Source: Longimicrobiales bacterium (lineage in GTDB: Bacteria > Gemmatimonadota > Gemmatimonadetes > Longimicrobiales > Gaopeijiaceae). From it: DNA of 64,000 nucleotides. Numbering within the stretch: the first letter of the stretch is position 1; each line of letters begins with the position of its first letter. The stretch spans positions 96,001-160,000 of the forward strand of contig CBDANQ010000061.1 in assembly GCA_965197725.1 (NCBI GenBank), given 5' to 3'. The position numbers were made by a program, and so were the translations under genes. Under the pieces are notes generated by a model. The model was not told where the DNA came from, did no database searches, and was given only the letters and a program-made list of their open reading frames with translations. Below, one piece after another: positions 1 through 10,201 of the stretch.

Positions 1-849
1 CGTTCGGTCGAGACCCTGGTGGAGATGGGGTCCAGCGCCGCGAAGGTCTGGTACCTGCGACCCTCAGCCGAGCGGCGGGACGAGTTGGACGCCCGCCTGA
101 TGCAGATCGGCGACCTGGCCCGGGACGCCGGCCTGGACCTCATCGTCCACGCCACAAGCCTCAGAGATGCGAAAGCGGCCCTCCGAGCCGGCGCCAAACT
201 CCTCGTCCATAGTGTGGGGGACGAGTTCGTGGACGACGAGTTTCTGAATCTCCTGCGGGCCAACCAGGCGGTCTACGCGCCCACCCTGGTGGTGGGTGTC
301 TTCTCGAGTCGGGCCATGGCATCCATCGCCCTGAACGAGCCCCACCCCATCGACGATCCCAACGGCTGTGTGGACCCGGGCACCGTCAACAAGGTGAACG
401 GAACCCGGGTGCTCCAGGAGCTCATGCGGCCGGCCCAGCGAGCTCCAGAGGTCATCTACCGTCGGATGGAACAGAGCGGGCGAAGCTCCTTCGTCAAGGC
501 CGAGAACCTCCGCCGAGTTCATGAAGCCGGGGGCATCGTCGCCACAGCAACGGATGCGGGGAACCCCCTCACGCTTCACGGCCCCTCCATCTACAACGAG
601 ATGGAGGCCATGCAGGACGCGGGCATCGACCCGGCCGACATCGTAACGATGTCGACCCACAACGGCGCCCTGACCATGGGACGTCTCGGCGACTTCGGGA
701 CCCTTGAGGCCGGCAAGATCGCCGATCTCATCGTCCTCGACGAGGACCCGACGGCGGATGTGCGAGCCTTCCGCTCCCTCACCCACGTCATGCGCGCCGG
801 GGTCCTCCGCCCCCAGGAGGAGCTGGCCTGGAGGCGCCCGGCGAGATAG
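1..849 (+). CDS. Amidohydrolase family protein (5' end outside window)
   Basis: Motifs IVHA, LVHS, ATDAGNP, GTLEAGKIADLIVLD and VMRAG typical of the amidohydrolase superfamily C-terminal half. Confidence 0.85.
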   Translation, partial: RSVETLVEMGSSAAKVWYLRPSAERRDELDARLMQIGDLARDAGLDLIVHATSLRDAKAALRAGAKLLVHSVGDEFVDDEFLNLLRANQAVYAPTLVVGVFSSRAMASIALNEPHPIDDPNGCVDPGTVNKVNGTRVLQELMRPAQRAPEVIYRRMEQSGRSSFVKAENLRRVHEAGGIVATATDAGNPLTLHGPSIYNEMEAMQDAGIDPADIVTMSTHNGALTMGRLGDFGTLEAGKIADLIVLDEDPTADVRAFRSLTHVMRAGVLRPQEELAWRRPAR

Positions 850-861
850 GGGTCAGGGCTC

Positions 862-1077
862 GGAGACGGTCTACACGCTGCCCGAGGCCGTCGTCCTCGT
901 CGAGCAATGGAGGCGCCTGTACAATACCGTGCGACCCCACAGCGCCTGGGGCGGACTACCCCCGCCCCCGGAGACCATAAAACCATCGGCTTGGTTCCTT
1001 AGAATGCCCCAACTTCTGGGGCCGCCGATGGCTCAAGGTCTAACATAGGGAGTCGTACCCCACCTGGGGGCACGTCA
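862..1077 (+). mobile_element. IS3-family remnant: integrase-core C-terminus plus right end
   Basis: Translates to ETVYTLPEAVVLVEQWRRLYNTVRPHSAWGGLPP (IS3 WRxxYNxxRPHS motif) and ends CTGGGGGCACGTCA like an IS3/IS407-type IRR; the rest of the element is absent. Confidence 0.8.
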
Positions 1078-1095
1078 GTACGCCGGGTAGGACGT

Positions 1096-3063
1096 CTATC
1101 TACCGCGTCCGGGCTCGCGTGACCCCGAGTCGCTCCAGAGCTTGGGGTCGACGCCGGCGCCCGGACAGAAATCTCCGGTGCCCCGGAAGTGCGTGTCCAG
1201 GCACTCCAACGTCGAGCCAAAGCTCTGAAGCAGCGACACCGTCTCCGGGTACGGCACCCTCGTGAAGAATCCGGCCCGGCCTCCGCGAGCCATGTCGGCC
1301 GTGGACTGGCCGAGCCGCGTGATCGCACGGACGTCCGCGCCCTGCGCCACCAGGTAGCGGATCATCTCGTTATCCCCCCGAGACGCTGCATAGTGGAGCG
1401 GCGTGTAGCCCCACGAGTCCCTGAGGTCGACGTCGGCGCCGTGCTCGTCGATCAGATACTGCAAGGCCGACATGAACTGGTCGGGCACGGCACGGAGGGC
1501 GTAAGCTCCGAGCCCGGTCCATCCCCCTCCCGCAGCGATGTGGACTGGGTACGCGCTCGGCGTGCCCTCTGGAAACGACGGCAGCCCCGAGTCCTCCGCT
1601 AGGCGTCCATCCTGCTGCCGGCCCTCTCTCATGCCAATGGCTGCCCACGACGTGGGGATATTCGGGTCCGCGCCGTGAGCTACGAGCAGCTTCATGGCCT
1701 CGAGGTCCTGTGCGAACGTGGCTCGCCAGAACGGCGTTGCGCCCTGTAGGTCGATGCCCATCTTGGTGAGACCGTACTCCCAGTACCACAGGTGGGTGTT
1801 GAGTCGCACGTTGGGATCGGCGCCGGCCTCCAGGAGGGCCCGCAACACGTCCAGGTACTCCGTCTGCTGATTGTCGTGCGCCCGCGGCTGTGGGTAAATC
1901 GACTTGGGCGCCCACTGTGTCTGGAGCATTGCGAACAACGGCGTAGCCCCCTCGGTTGAGGAGGCCAAGTCGGGATCCGCGCCGAGCTCGACGAGCAACA
2001 GCGCGAGGTCGAACTGGCCGTTCAGGGCAGCCATCAGGAGAGGGCTCGTCCGGTCGCCACCGCTCACCTGGTCGATGTCGGCACCGCCATCGAGCAACAT
2101 GCGCGCCGACTCGATATGGCCCTCTCGAGCCGCATGCAGTAGCGCCGTCATACCGCCCGTCTTTCCGACGAGCGTCTCCCGGTAGGGAGGACGCACGATG
2201 TCGGGACCGCCCAGATAAGCCGGCCTGTAGTTCACGAGTTCGCTCGCGTCCACCGGGCCCACGGGATCGACGGAGAGAAGGAACTCCCGTTGAGCGCGGA
2301 TGGCCGCCTGCACCTGAGCGGGACTCGGATCCCAGTCGATGGTCGCGACTAAGCGGTGACCGGAAGTGGCTAGGCGAGTGGCTGGGCGTTCTGCGGTGTT
2401 GGGCGCGCTAACCCGTAGCGACTCGACCATCTCCCGCAAGAGACGGTCGGCCTCCCGATCGATCGCCAAGCTCCGGAGTACATCGACGACCTTGGTGGTG
2501 ATCGCCGGATCGGCGCCGCGGCTCAGGAGTTCGCCGACTGCCACCGAGCGGTCGTAGGCAGCCGCAAACATCAGCGGCGTCTGTCCCGACGAAGCCTCCC
2601 GTGCATTCACCTGGGCGCCGTGGTCCAGCAGCGTCGCGACAGCTTGCTCGCCGCCGAGGGCGGCCGCCGCGAGGTGAAGAGGCGTAACCCCCGTGTTGGC
2701 AGTAGTGGCGTTCACGTCGGCTCCGGCCTCGGCCAGCGCCATCACCACGCTCGTGTGTCCGCCGCGAGCGGAGAGGTGCAGCGACGTGTACCCACCTATG
2801 CGGGTCCCCGCATCCAGCTCGGCGTCGGCCGAGATCAACAGCTTCGTGATCTCGACGTGGCCGCGCTCCGCAGCCGCGTGCAGGGCGGTTAGGCCGTCTC
2901 CCCGGGCCTCGTTGACGTCGGCACCGCTCTCGAGCAGCGACCTGACCACCTCCACCTCACCTCGACGCGCTGCGTCCACGAGCGGCGTGGCGAGGGGAAT
3001 CGCCGCGCCCGATAGCAGCGCCACCGCGAAGACGGCGCAGATCACCCGTGGCAGCCGTCTCAT
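1096..3063 (-). CDS. Secreted ankyrin-repeat protein
   Basis: N-terminal signal peptide; many ankyrin repeats (GLTALHAAA, GVTPLHLAA, GQTPLMFAA, GYTPLHYAA). Confidence 0.9.
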   Translation of the reverse strand: MRRLPRVICAVFAVALLSGAAIPLATPLVDAARRGEVEVVRSLLESGADVNEARGDGLTALHAAAERGHVEITKLLISADAELDAGTRIGGYTSLHLSARGGHTSVVMALAEAGADVNATTANTGVTPLHLAAAALGGEQAVATLLDHGAQVNAREASSGQTPLMFAAAYDRSVAVGELLSRGADPAITTKVVDVLRSLAIDREADRLLREMVESLRVSAPNTAERPATRLATSGHRLVATIDWDPSPAQVQAAIRAQREFLLSVDPVGPVDASELVNYRPAYLGGPDIVRPPYRETLVGKTGGMTALLHAAREGHIESARMLLDGGADIDQVSGGDRTSPLLMAALNGQFDLALLLVELGADPDLASSTEGATPLFAMLQTQWAPKSIYPQPRAHDNQQTEYLDVLRALLEAGADPNVRLNTHLWYWEYGLTKMGIDLQGATPFWRATFAQDLEAMKLLVAHGADPNIPTSWAAIGMREGRQQDGRLAEDSGLPSFPEGTPSAYPVHIAAGGGWTGLGAYALRAVPDQFMSALQYLIDEHGADVDLRDSWGYTPLHYAASRGDNEMIRYLVAQGADVRAITRLGQSTADMARGGRAGFFTRVPYPETVSLLQSFGSTLECLDTHFRGTGDFCPGAGVDPKLWSDSGSREPGRGR

Positions 3064-4469
3064 GCTCCTACTCCGCGCGGAAACGTCAAGGGTAACTCGC
3101 CCGTGCTGTCGCCAAAGCCGTGCATGTCATCGTGCCCGATGCCCCGCATCAGGCTCAGGAATGCGTTCGCCATCGGTGTGCCCTCCGTAGCCCTCACGTG
3201 GAGGTTGCCTTCCAGAGCGCCGTTGGCGTGGCCCATAAAGATGAGTGGGCATCTGCGGTGGTTGTGGAGGTTGGGATCACCCATCGACGAGCCCCAGACG
3301 ATCGCTGTCTTGTCCAGCAGGGAGGAGTCGCCCTCCATCGTGTTCTTCATCCTCTCCAGGAAGTAGCCCATCTGACTCAAGCGGTACGTGTTGATCAGGT
3401 TGTAGTCCATGATAGCGGCTGGCACGTTGCCGTGGTGTGACGCCCCATGGTGCGACTTGGTGGTTCCGCTAATAGGGAATGTGCGGTTCGACTGATCGAA
3501 GCTGATCTTGAACGTGATCGCGCGGGTCAGGTCCGTCTGCAACGCGAGCACCTGGAGGTCGAACATCATCTCCATGTGCTCCTCCCACGAGTCCGGCACA
3601 CCCGACGGAGCCTCCGGCATTTCCCGCACTTCGCCACCGGTGTTGCGCGCCTCGACCAGCTGGATCCTCCGCTCCATCTCACGGATATGCGTCAGATACT
3701 CGTCCATGGCCAGTCGGTCGACGGCACCCAGAGTCATGCGCAACCTCGCGACTTCGGTCGCGATCCAGTCGATCACGCTGCGGTCCGTCCGGCGCCTGGC
3801 CTCACGGTCCTCGGCGGTATCCCCCGCACCGAAGAGCCGGTCGAATACGGCCCGCGGCTCGCGAATCGCCGGCAGCGGCTGGGTAGGCGAAGCCCATGCG
3901 ATATTCGATGTGTAGGCGCAGTGGTAGTTGTAGGCGCACCCGCCGCCGCGGTCGATCGACTCCGTGCACAGCTCGAGTGAAGGCAAGGCGGTGTCGAGTC
4001 CGACGCGTCGCGCGTGCAGCTGATCGAGCGACGTGCCGAGGTAGAGATCCGAGCCCTGGGTCTGCTTGGGATGGGCTTGCGTCAGGAATACCGCCGCAGA
4101 GCGGTCGTGATCACCACCGATCTCCTCTGCCCGATAGGCCTCCGCCATGCGGCAATCCGTATTGCTGACGATGGTCAGGTATTCCCGGTACTGCTCCAGC
4201 GGCGCCAGTTGGCTCGTCGGCGAGAACTCGAAGTCACGGCCCAACTTCGCCGGAGCGAAGAGGTGCTGAGCGTCTCCCCAGGCGCTGCCGCCGGCGCACC
4301 CCATCGACTCCTCGATGCAGACGAGACGAGTGTGGGCCGGTGCTGCTAGGCTGTCACTCCACGAGCGCCCGGCAGGCACCATCGCATCCAGGAACGGGAG
4401 CGCGACCGTCGCACCCATACCACGGACGAACGTCCTACGAGAAACGTGCTTTCCGGTGATGAAATGCAT
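3060..4469 (-). CDS. DUF1552 domain protein
   Basis: Tat-like SRRTFVRG...ALPFLDAM start, SLDQ, LPSLEL, HGASHH, GSSMGDPNLH; adjacent to a DUF1592 gene. Confidence 0.85.
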   Translation of the reverse strand: MHFITGKHVSRRTFVRGMGATVALPFLDAMVPAGRSWSDSLAAPAHTRLVCIEESMGCAGGSAWGDAQHLFAPAKLGRDFEFSPTSQLAPLEQYREYLTIVSNTDCRMAEAYRAEEIGGDHDRSAAVFLTQAHPKQTQGSDLYLGTSLDQLHARRVGLDTALPSLELCTESIDRGGGCAYNYHCAYTSNIAWASPTQPLPAIREPRAVFDRLFGAGDTAEDREARRRTDRSVIDWIATEVARLRMTLGAVDRLAMDEYLTHIREMERRIQLVEARNTGGEVREMPEAPSGVPDSWEEHMEMMFDLQVLALQTDLTRAITFKISFDQSNRTFPISGTTKSHHGASHHGNVPAAIMDYNLINTYRLSQMGYFLERMKNTMEGDSSLLDKTAIVWGSSMGDPNLHNHRRCPLIFMGHANGALEGNLHVRATEGTPMANAFLSLMRGIGHDDMHGFGDSTGELPLTFPRGVGA

Positions 4470-4473
4470 CCCT

Positions 4474-6894
4474 CTACCTCCCCTGGTCGGTGTCGGCCTC
4501 GGTGGTCAGCTGCGATCGCCTCATCTGGAACGGATCACTTCTCACGACGCCCATGATGAACGTCGACATTCGATACTCGTCCGCCTCCGCGTCTCTTACG
4601 ATGGCCCGGATCGACGGCTGGTCGTAGTGCTCCACGCGCCGGCCCATGGCGTAGGCCAGCAGGTTGGAAGCGAAGTTGCGCACGAGCGGGATCGGCCGCG
4701 CGAGCAGGACCTCGGTGAGCTCGCTCAGTTTGCTCACCGGGGTGCCGTCGTAGTACGTGCCCCGTGTATCGAGCGGCATCATGTTCTCGCGCTCCCGCCA
4801 CCGGCCGGTCACGTCGAAGTTGTCGAGTGCCAAGCCGATGGGGTCCATGAAGCGGTGGCAGGAGTTACACGTCGGATCGGATCGGTGCCGCTCCATGCGC
4901 TCGCGCGTAGTCAGACGACGCCCGTCCGCTGCGCTTTCGGTCTGTTCGAAGGCTGGCACGTTGGGCGGAGGTGGTGGTGGCGGCGTCCCCATGAGCACCT
5001 CCATCACCCACTTTCCCCGAAGCACGGGAGAGGTTCGGTCGGACATGGAGGTCAGCAGCAGCACGCTGCCGTGGCCCATCACACCCCGGCGGGCGTCGTC
5101 CGGGTAGCGCACACGTCTGAACTCGTCGCCGGACACCCCCGGGATGCCGTAGTGCCGAGCCAGGCGCTCATTCATGAAACTGTAGTCCGCGTCGAAGAGC
5201 TCGAGGAAGCTCAGGTCTTCACGCACTAGGTTGTCGAAGAAGAGCTCCGTCTCCCGCACCATATCGGCGCGGAGTTGGCCGGTGAAGTCCGGATAGAAAA
5301 ACGGCTCCGGCTGATTTTTCGCCGCATCTTGAAGTCGCAGCCACTGATGCGCGAAGCGGGCGGCGAGCGCCTCCGCACGGGGGTCTGCCAACATGCGCTC
5401 GACCTGCCGGTCCAGGACTCCGGGGTCCGAGAGTCGTGCATCGGCCGCGAGCCCGAGCAGCTCCTCGTCCGGGCCCGTGGACCAGAGGAAGAACGATAGG
5501 CGGCTCGCCAGGTCGAGATGGCCCAGACGATAGCTCTCTCCCTCAGCGACGTCCGCCGGTTGCTGTTCCAGGCGGAACAGAAACACAGGGCTCGCCAGGA
5601 TCGCCTGCAGCGCGATCCGGACCCCCACCTCGAATCCGCCTTCCGCCGCACCGCGATCGAAGAACGACATCAGGCCCGCGACATCCGCAGCGGTGACCGG
5701 TCGCCTGTACGCTTTGCTCGCGAGGCGCTCGACGATCGATTCGGCGCAGGGACGCTCTTCATCGGACGTCGCGGGGGTGCATGTGAAGACCTCACGGCGA
5801 CTCGGCGTCTCGGACACGCCGGTGGTACGGACCGGCCCCGTGATCATGAGGTCTCGGAGGTGGGGCAACGCAGTGATCCCATAGTCGGCCCACTCAGAAT
5901 CTGCGTGTTCTCCCCCGGCGAACGACCAATCGAAGGGGCTCAGGCGGTCCTCGTAGGGCCCGTCCATCTTGCGAACGAACGCCGCATTTACGCGGTGCTG
6001 ACCCGCAGCGACGACGATCGGCTCGGTTCGGATCGGAAGGCTCCTGCCACCGTTGTGCTCGAGCGCCAGCAGCGCCACGCCTTCGCCGTCGATGGAAAGA
6101 TCGATGTCCTCGAAGGACGTGCCCTTGCCGAAGAGCGTCTCTACGGAGAACACGTAAGAGCCGTCGGCCGGGAAATCGTGGGTGACGACGATGCCCCCGC
6201 GCGTTCCGTACGGGGCGCCTTCGAGCTGATCCCACGCGTGTTGCGAGACCTCGATCGGATTCGTGTACTTCGTCGAGGACGATGACGCGTCCGGTGTGCC
6301 GACGGCCAGACGGCTGACCTCCGCGGCCACCCTCAAGTATGCCTCGAGCAGCGTGGGTGAGAGCCCCTGTGCGGCGGACAAGTTGTCGAAGCTGCCCAGG
6401 TAGGTGTCTGGAGGAAGCCAGCGACCGGCGTCCACGTCGAGCGCCAGCAGGTCACTAATAACGCGCTCGTACTCGGCTCGGTTGAGTCTCTGGAACCGCC
6501 GCGCGCCGGGATTAGGATCGCTCATGGCCGCTTCGTCGATGACCGCCTCGAGCGTCTCCACGAGTATCCGGAGCGTGTCGCCGGCCGGCCGCCGGGCCCC
6601 GGGCGGCGGCATCATCCCCGCCCGGAGCTTCAGGATCATCTTCTCGGCCGTTTCGGCCCGCTCGTGAGCACCCCCGACATCGAACCTCTCCAACGTCAGG
6701 TTCCCCTCCAGCCTGCGCTCGTTGTGGCAGCGGACGCAATACTGCTCGATCACCTCCGTGGGCGTTCGCGTGGCGGCACTGGCAGGCACGGACACCGTTC
6801 CGGTTTCGGGCCAGGTCGTGGCAGTCCCGGCGGGGTGGCTCCCCACGGTAAGCCACACCCCTAACAAGGCGGTACCAGCAGCGACTGTCTTCAT
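4474..6894 (-). CDS. DUF1592/1588/1587/1585/1595 protein with c-type heme motifs
   Basis: Signal peptide; CVRCH and CNSCH; RLNRAEY, LASRLSFFLWS, TSPVLRGKW, MDPIGLALDNFD. Confidence 0.88.
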   Translation of the reverse strand: MKTVAAGTALLGVWLTVGSHPAGTATTWPETGTVSVPASAATRTPTEVIEQYCVRCHNERRLEGNLTLERFDVGGAHERAETAEKMILKLRAGMMPPPGARRPAGDTLRILVETLEAVIDEAAMSDPNPGARRFQRLNRAEYERVISDLLALDVDAGRWLPPDTYLGSFDNLSAAQGLSPTLLEAYLRVAAEVSRLAVGTPDASSSSTKYTNPIEVSQHAWDQLEGAPYGTRGGIVVTHDFPADGSYVFSVETLFGKGTSFEDIDLSIDGEGVALLALEHNGGRSLPIRTEPIVVAAGQHRVNAAFVRKMDGPYEDRLSPFDWSFAGGEHADSEWADYGITALPHLRDLMITGPVRTTGVSETPSRREVFTCTPATSDEERPCAESIVERLASKAYRRPVTAADVAGLMSFFDRGAAEGGFEVGVRIALQAILASPVFLFRLEQQPADVAEGESYRLGHLDLASRLSFFLWSTGPDEELLGLAADARLSDPGVLDRQVERMLADPRAEALAARFAHQWLRLQDAAKNQPEPFFYPDFTGQLRADMVRETELFFDNLVREDLSFLELFDADYSFMNERLARHYGIPGVSGDEFRRVRYPDDARRGVMGHGSVLLLTSMSDRTSPVLRGKWVMEVLMGTPPPPPPPNVPAFEQTESAADGRRLTTRERMERHRSDPTCNSCHRFMDPIGLALDNFDVTGRWRERENMMPLDTRGTYYDGTPVSKLSELTEVLLARPIPLVRNFASNLLAYAMGRRVEHYDQPSIRAIVRDAEADEYRMSTFIMGVVRSDPFQMRRSQLTTEADTDQGR

Positions 6895-7031
6895 GCTTTA
6901 TCCCCGCGGAATGCAGGCGTTATCGCGCAGCCAAGTGAATTCCCGCCGCATGACGGAAGTCAGATGAGCAATGTAGCAGGCGGGGTAGCTGGCAGCCACA
7001 CAGTTCGTGGCTCGGGCCGGGCGCAGGTCAC

Positions 7032-8171
7032 CTAGTTCGCGAGCACGAGCGACCTGCCAATGAGCTTGCTTGCATCGGCACCCGGCCTCGGAACGAACTT
7101 GTCCATCCATCCGCCGTCCCAGCTGGCGATATAGACGTTGCCATCCTGGTCCACGTCGAGCTGGTGCGGACGCGACAAGCCACCCGCAAAGCCTCCCCGT
7201 GTGCCTCCGAACGCGCCGAAGTAGTACTGGAGCTCACCCTCCAGGCTGTACTTGAGAATCCGGTTCAGTCGCGCGGAGATCACCCAGACCCCGTCGTTCT
7301 CATCGATGAAGACGCCCACAGGATCAGACACGTCGGGCCATTGCTCGAGGAACTCACCGTCCTCGGTAAAGATCTGGATGCGGTTGTTCGTTCGGTCGCC
7401 CACGTAGACGCGGTGATCCCGATCCACGGCGACGCCATGCACGAGGTCGAACTGTCCAGGGCCGCTACCGAGCTCACCCCACTCCATCAGGTACTCGCCG
7501 TCCGCGTTGTACTTGACGATGCGGGAGTTCCAGTAACCGTCGCCGAGCAGGAAGCTACCGTCCGGGAGGAAGGCGAGCACCGCCGGATCGCCGTAGGTGA
7601 ACGGACCCGGGTTCGGATTTGCCCGCGCCTCTGCCCGAGTCGTGGGGTGGTCAGGGTCGACGAGCCGCATCACCAACTCGCTGCCGTCATTGGTGAACTT
7701 GAGGATCTGCATGTTGACGCCCTTGCCACCACCGCGCTCGACCACCCAAACGTGGCGCTCCGGATCGTAAGGGCTGATGTAGACCTGGTGGGGTTTGTTG
7801 AAGATCGAGTCCCACTGCGTCCAGTTCTCCAACATGTTTCCGTTCCGATCGACGACCACGAGGTAGTTGGTGCTGCCCTCCCGCTCCCGCCCCTGCCGGT
7901 CCCGGTCTCCCCAGATCGCCACGATGATCCGGTTCGGGTTGTCGACTGCGACACCCGACACCTGCCCCCAGGTCCAGGGCCCCTTATGGTCCGGCGCCGG
8001 CTTCCACCAGTTTGCAACGGCGTCGTATTCTCCGGTCCTGTCGTCCCCACCCTTCACGATCGCTGCTTGCGATCTCGATTCAGGCGCAGCCTGGTTCTCA
8101 CCAACGCAGGCCGCGAGTACCGCCAGACCAGCGGCGAGGACGAGGGCCACGCACGTGCGATTCGGTCTCAT
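7032..8171 (-). CDS. NHL-repeat beta-propeller lipoprotein (peptidyl-alpha-hydroxyglycine lyase-like)
   Basis: Lipobox LAAC; NHL repeats (GSGPGQFDLVHGVAVD...YVGDRTNNRIQIF). Confidence 0.8.
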   Translation of the reverse strand: MRPNRTCVALVLAAGLAVLAACVGENQAAPESRSQAAIVKGGDDRTGEYDAVANWWKPAPDHKGPWTWGQVSGVAVDNPNRIIVAIWGDRDRQGREREGSTNYLVVVDRNGNMLENWTQWDSIFNKPHQVYISPYDPERHVWVVERGGGKGVNMQILKFTNDGSELVMRLVDPDHPTTRAEARANPNPGPFTYGDPAVLAFLPDGSFLLGDGYWNSRIVKYNADGEYLMEWGELGSGPGQFDLVHGVAVDRDHRVYVGDRTNNRIQIFTEDGEFLEQWPDVSDPVGVFIDENDGVWVISARLNRILKYSLEGELQYYFGAFGGTRGGFAGGLSRPHQLDVDQDGNVYIASWDGGWMDKFVPRPGADASKLIGRSLVLAN

Positions 8172-8321
8172 GATGCTTATCGGCCGGACCTCCGCTGGGT
8201 CTCGAGCATCGCCTCGAAGCGCTGCTTTTGCCGTGCTATATACAAAGGCTTGACGGCAGCGGTAGCGTCAAAACCATTCCAAAGGAGTGGGAGCAGCCAC
8301 GATGCTCTAGGAGCAGCTCCT

Positions 8322-9413
8322 CTAGCGGAATAGAGCCTTCGATAACATCCCGTGCACGCCCTTCGTGCCATCGACCAGCTGGGTGATGCGTAAATTGAGC
8401 GCAACCGAGCACAGGATGTACGCATCTCCTCGCTCCATACCCTTGTCCTCTACGAGAAACCTGACCATTTCACGCGTGGCCATCCGAGCCGCCTCGTCGA
8501 GATCGCGATCTAGCCCCATGGACATGTAGTGCGTCGGCGTTTCCGCACGGGGCCACTGGAGGGTACGGTCCTTGTGGAGGATTACTTCGATTGTTCCGTA
8601 TAGAGATGCTTCAATGGCGGTACCTGTCACCTCTCCGTCGCCCTGAGCCGCGTGCCCGTCGCCGATGGAAAGCAGCGCCCCGTCTACGTGCACAGGCATA
8701 AAGAGCGTCGTGCCCTCGACCAAATCTTTGTTGTCTAGATTGCCGACGTGATAGCCGGGAGCAGTGCTGTTGATGCGTCCAAGCAGGACAGGGGGTGCCA
8801 CCCCGATAGATCCAAAAAACGGGCGTGCGGGAATTTCGATTCCTTCGACGCCCGTCATGGTTATGGTGCCAGCAACGGTATCGATTTCGAAGGCACGCAG
8901 CGCGGCCGAGGGAAAGTCCATCGGGATCGTGCCTCCTCCGGGCAAGAATCCGCTGACCCCGTAGTCCACCAAGAACCCGATGTCGACGAGGTGAACCTCC
9001 AACACATCACCCGCCTCTGCATCCTCGACATACACCGGGCCATTCAGTGGGTGTGATCCGATACGGACCGTCTCCCGTTCTTCGACATTGAGCATGGATG
9101 GCAGGAACCGATCCTCCGAGATCCCTGCCAACCGCAGACGTCCCAGCCCGCGAGCAAGCAGATTTTCGAAGTAGACCCTGTCTCCAGACCGAATCGTTAC
9201 CACAGGTTCGAGCGAGGCGTCGTAGAAGCCCCAGTGGATGTTCTCTGCCGAAAGCGGTAGCTGGTGCGTGACGCCCTGCTGCGCAACGAGCGCGCGCGGG
9301 GTAATAGCTGTGACAGCTAACACCGTGTATATCAGAGCGGCGTGCGTCCCCCGATTCGAAAACGGGGCCTGTTCGTGCGTTCGCGTTATCACCGATTCCT
9401 CTTCAGTTGTCAT
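8322..9413 (-). CDS. Acetamidase/formamidase family protein
   Basis: HWGFYD, HPLNGPVYVE, GNLDNKDL, LSIGDGHAAQGDGEVTGTAIE. Confidence 0.88.
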   Translation of the reverse strand: MTTEEESVITRTHEQAPFSNRGTHAALIYTVLAVTAITPRALVAQQGVTHQLPLSAENIHWGFYDASLEPVVTIRSGDRVYFENLLARGLGRLRLAGISEDRFLPSMLNVEERETVRIGSHPLNGPVYVEDAEAGDVLEVHLVDIGFLVDYGVSGFLPGGGTIPMDFPSAALRAFEIDTVAGTITMTGVEGIEIPARPFFGSIGVAPPVLLGRINSTAPGYHVGNLDNKDLVEGTTLFMPVHVDGALLSIGDGHAAQGDGEVTGTAIEASLYGTIEVILHKDRTLQWPRAETPTHYMSMGLDRDLDEAARMATREMVRFLVEDKGMERGDAYILCSVALNLRITQLVDGTKGVHGMLSKALFR

Positions 9414-9738
9414 TCATCGTTAGTTAGGCCGTGTGGTCGGACAACTGAACCGCGTGCTCCACTCTGAGCTAGCCTCCGCGTGGGAAGAGTTTCGGAACAG
9501 GACGGAATTTTGGCGGAGCGGTAGCACGATTTAGGGGGGGCCGGGGCACGGGGGTTGACCACCAGACAACAGCGCGAGGCTCCGCCGCGCCGCTCTTGCG
9601 GAGCGAACTGCTCAACTGATCGCTAACGAGGTGGTGTGTGGCGACGGGTGACTCATGGATGACTGGCGGACCAACAGGCATCCAAAGAGAAAACCCCACA
9701 ACCACATAAGTGATTGCAGGGCTTTATCTTCCATACAA

Positions 9739-9782
9739 TCGGGGCGCCCGGATTCGAACCGGGGACCCCCTGCTCCCAAAGC
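9739..9782 (-). pseudogene. tRNA-Pro(TGG) 3' half; probable island att site
   Basis: Minus strand GCTTTGGGAGCAGGGGGTCCCCGGTTCGAATCCGGGCGCCCCGA: anticodon loop, T-arm and 3' acceptor strand; no 5' half or D-arm. Confidence 0.85.
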
Positions 9783-9802
9783 CTGGTCCAGGGAAGCCCA
9801 CT

Positions 9803-9908
9803 TACGGAGAAAATCCGTATCTAGGCGGGTTCATACGGATCAGCGATCCTCGTCACGCGGCCAATACGGACCTGATCCGTATCTCAACTTGCACAGTTAC
9901 TTACACAG
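9803..9908. repeat. Phased TACGGA repeats/palindromes and ACTTRCACAG direct repeat
   Basis: TACGGA at 9803, 9834 and 9865; TACGGA-N5-TCCGTA at 9803-9819 and 9865-9881; ACTTGCACAG/ACTTACACAG at 9887 and 9899. Confidence 0.75.
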
Positions 9909-10201
9909 CCCTCCCAAGGGCATCCCCAGCGCGAACATGCCGCTCACGATTGTCACGCGCACTAGTTAGGAGACCGCCACGGGGGCTTTTAAGTCCGGGC
10001 ACCCCCTCTGACTCAGGTACACCCATGCACAAAGAACCGAAGAACCGCAACGGTTTCTTGGTTCACGACTCTGGTCCTATGTGACTGCGTGTATCTGGGT
10101 CACTGCGCAATCGCTTCACAATTGCGGTCGCACTTCGGGCTAGATACCGCCGACGGTCACCACGCCGTCCACGAAGACGCGCAGCCAGGGGATCGGAGCC
10201 T

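Noticed and set aside
10034..10064. Hairpin GAACCGAAGAACCG-caa-CGGTTTCTTGGTTC as an ncRNA
   Set aside because: Single imperfect hairpin with no other support
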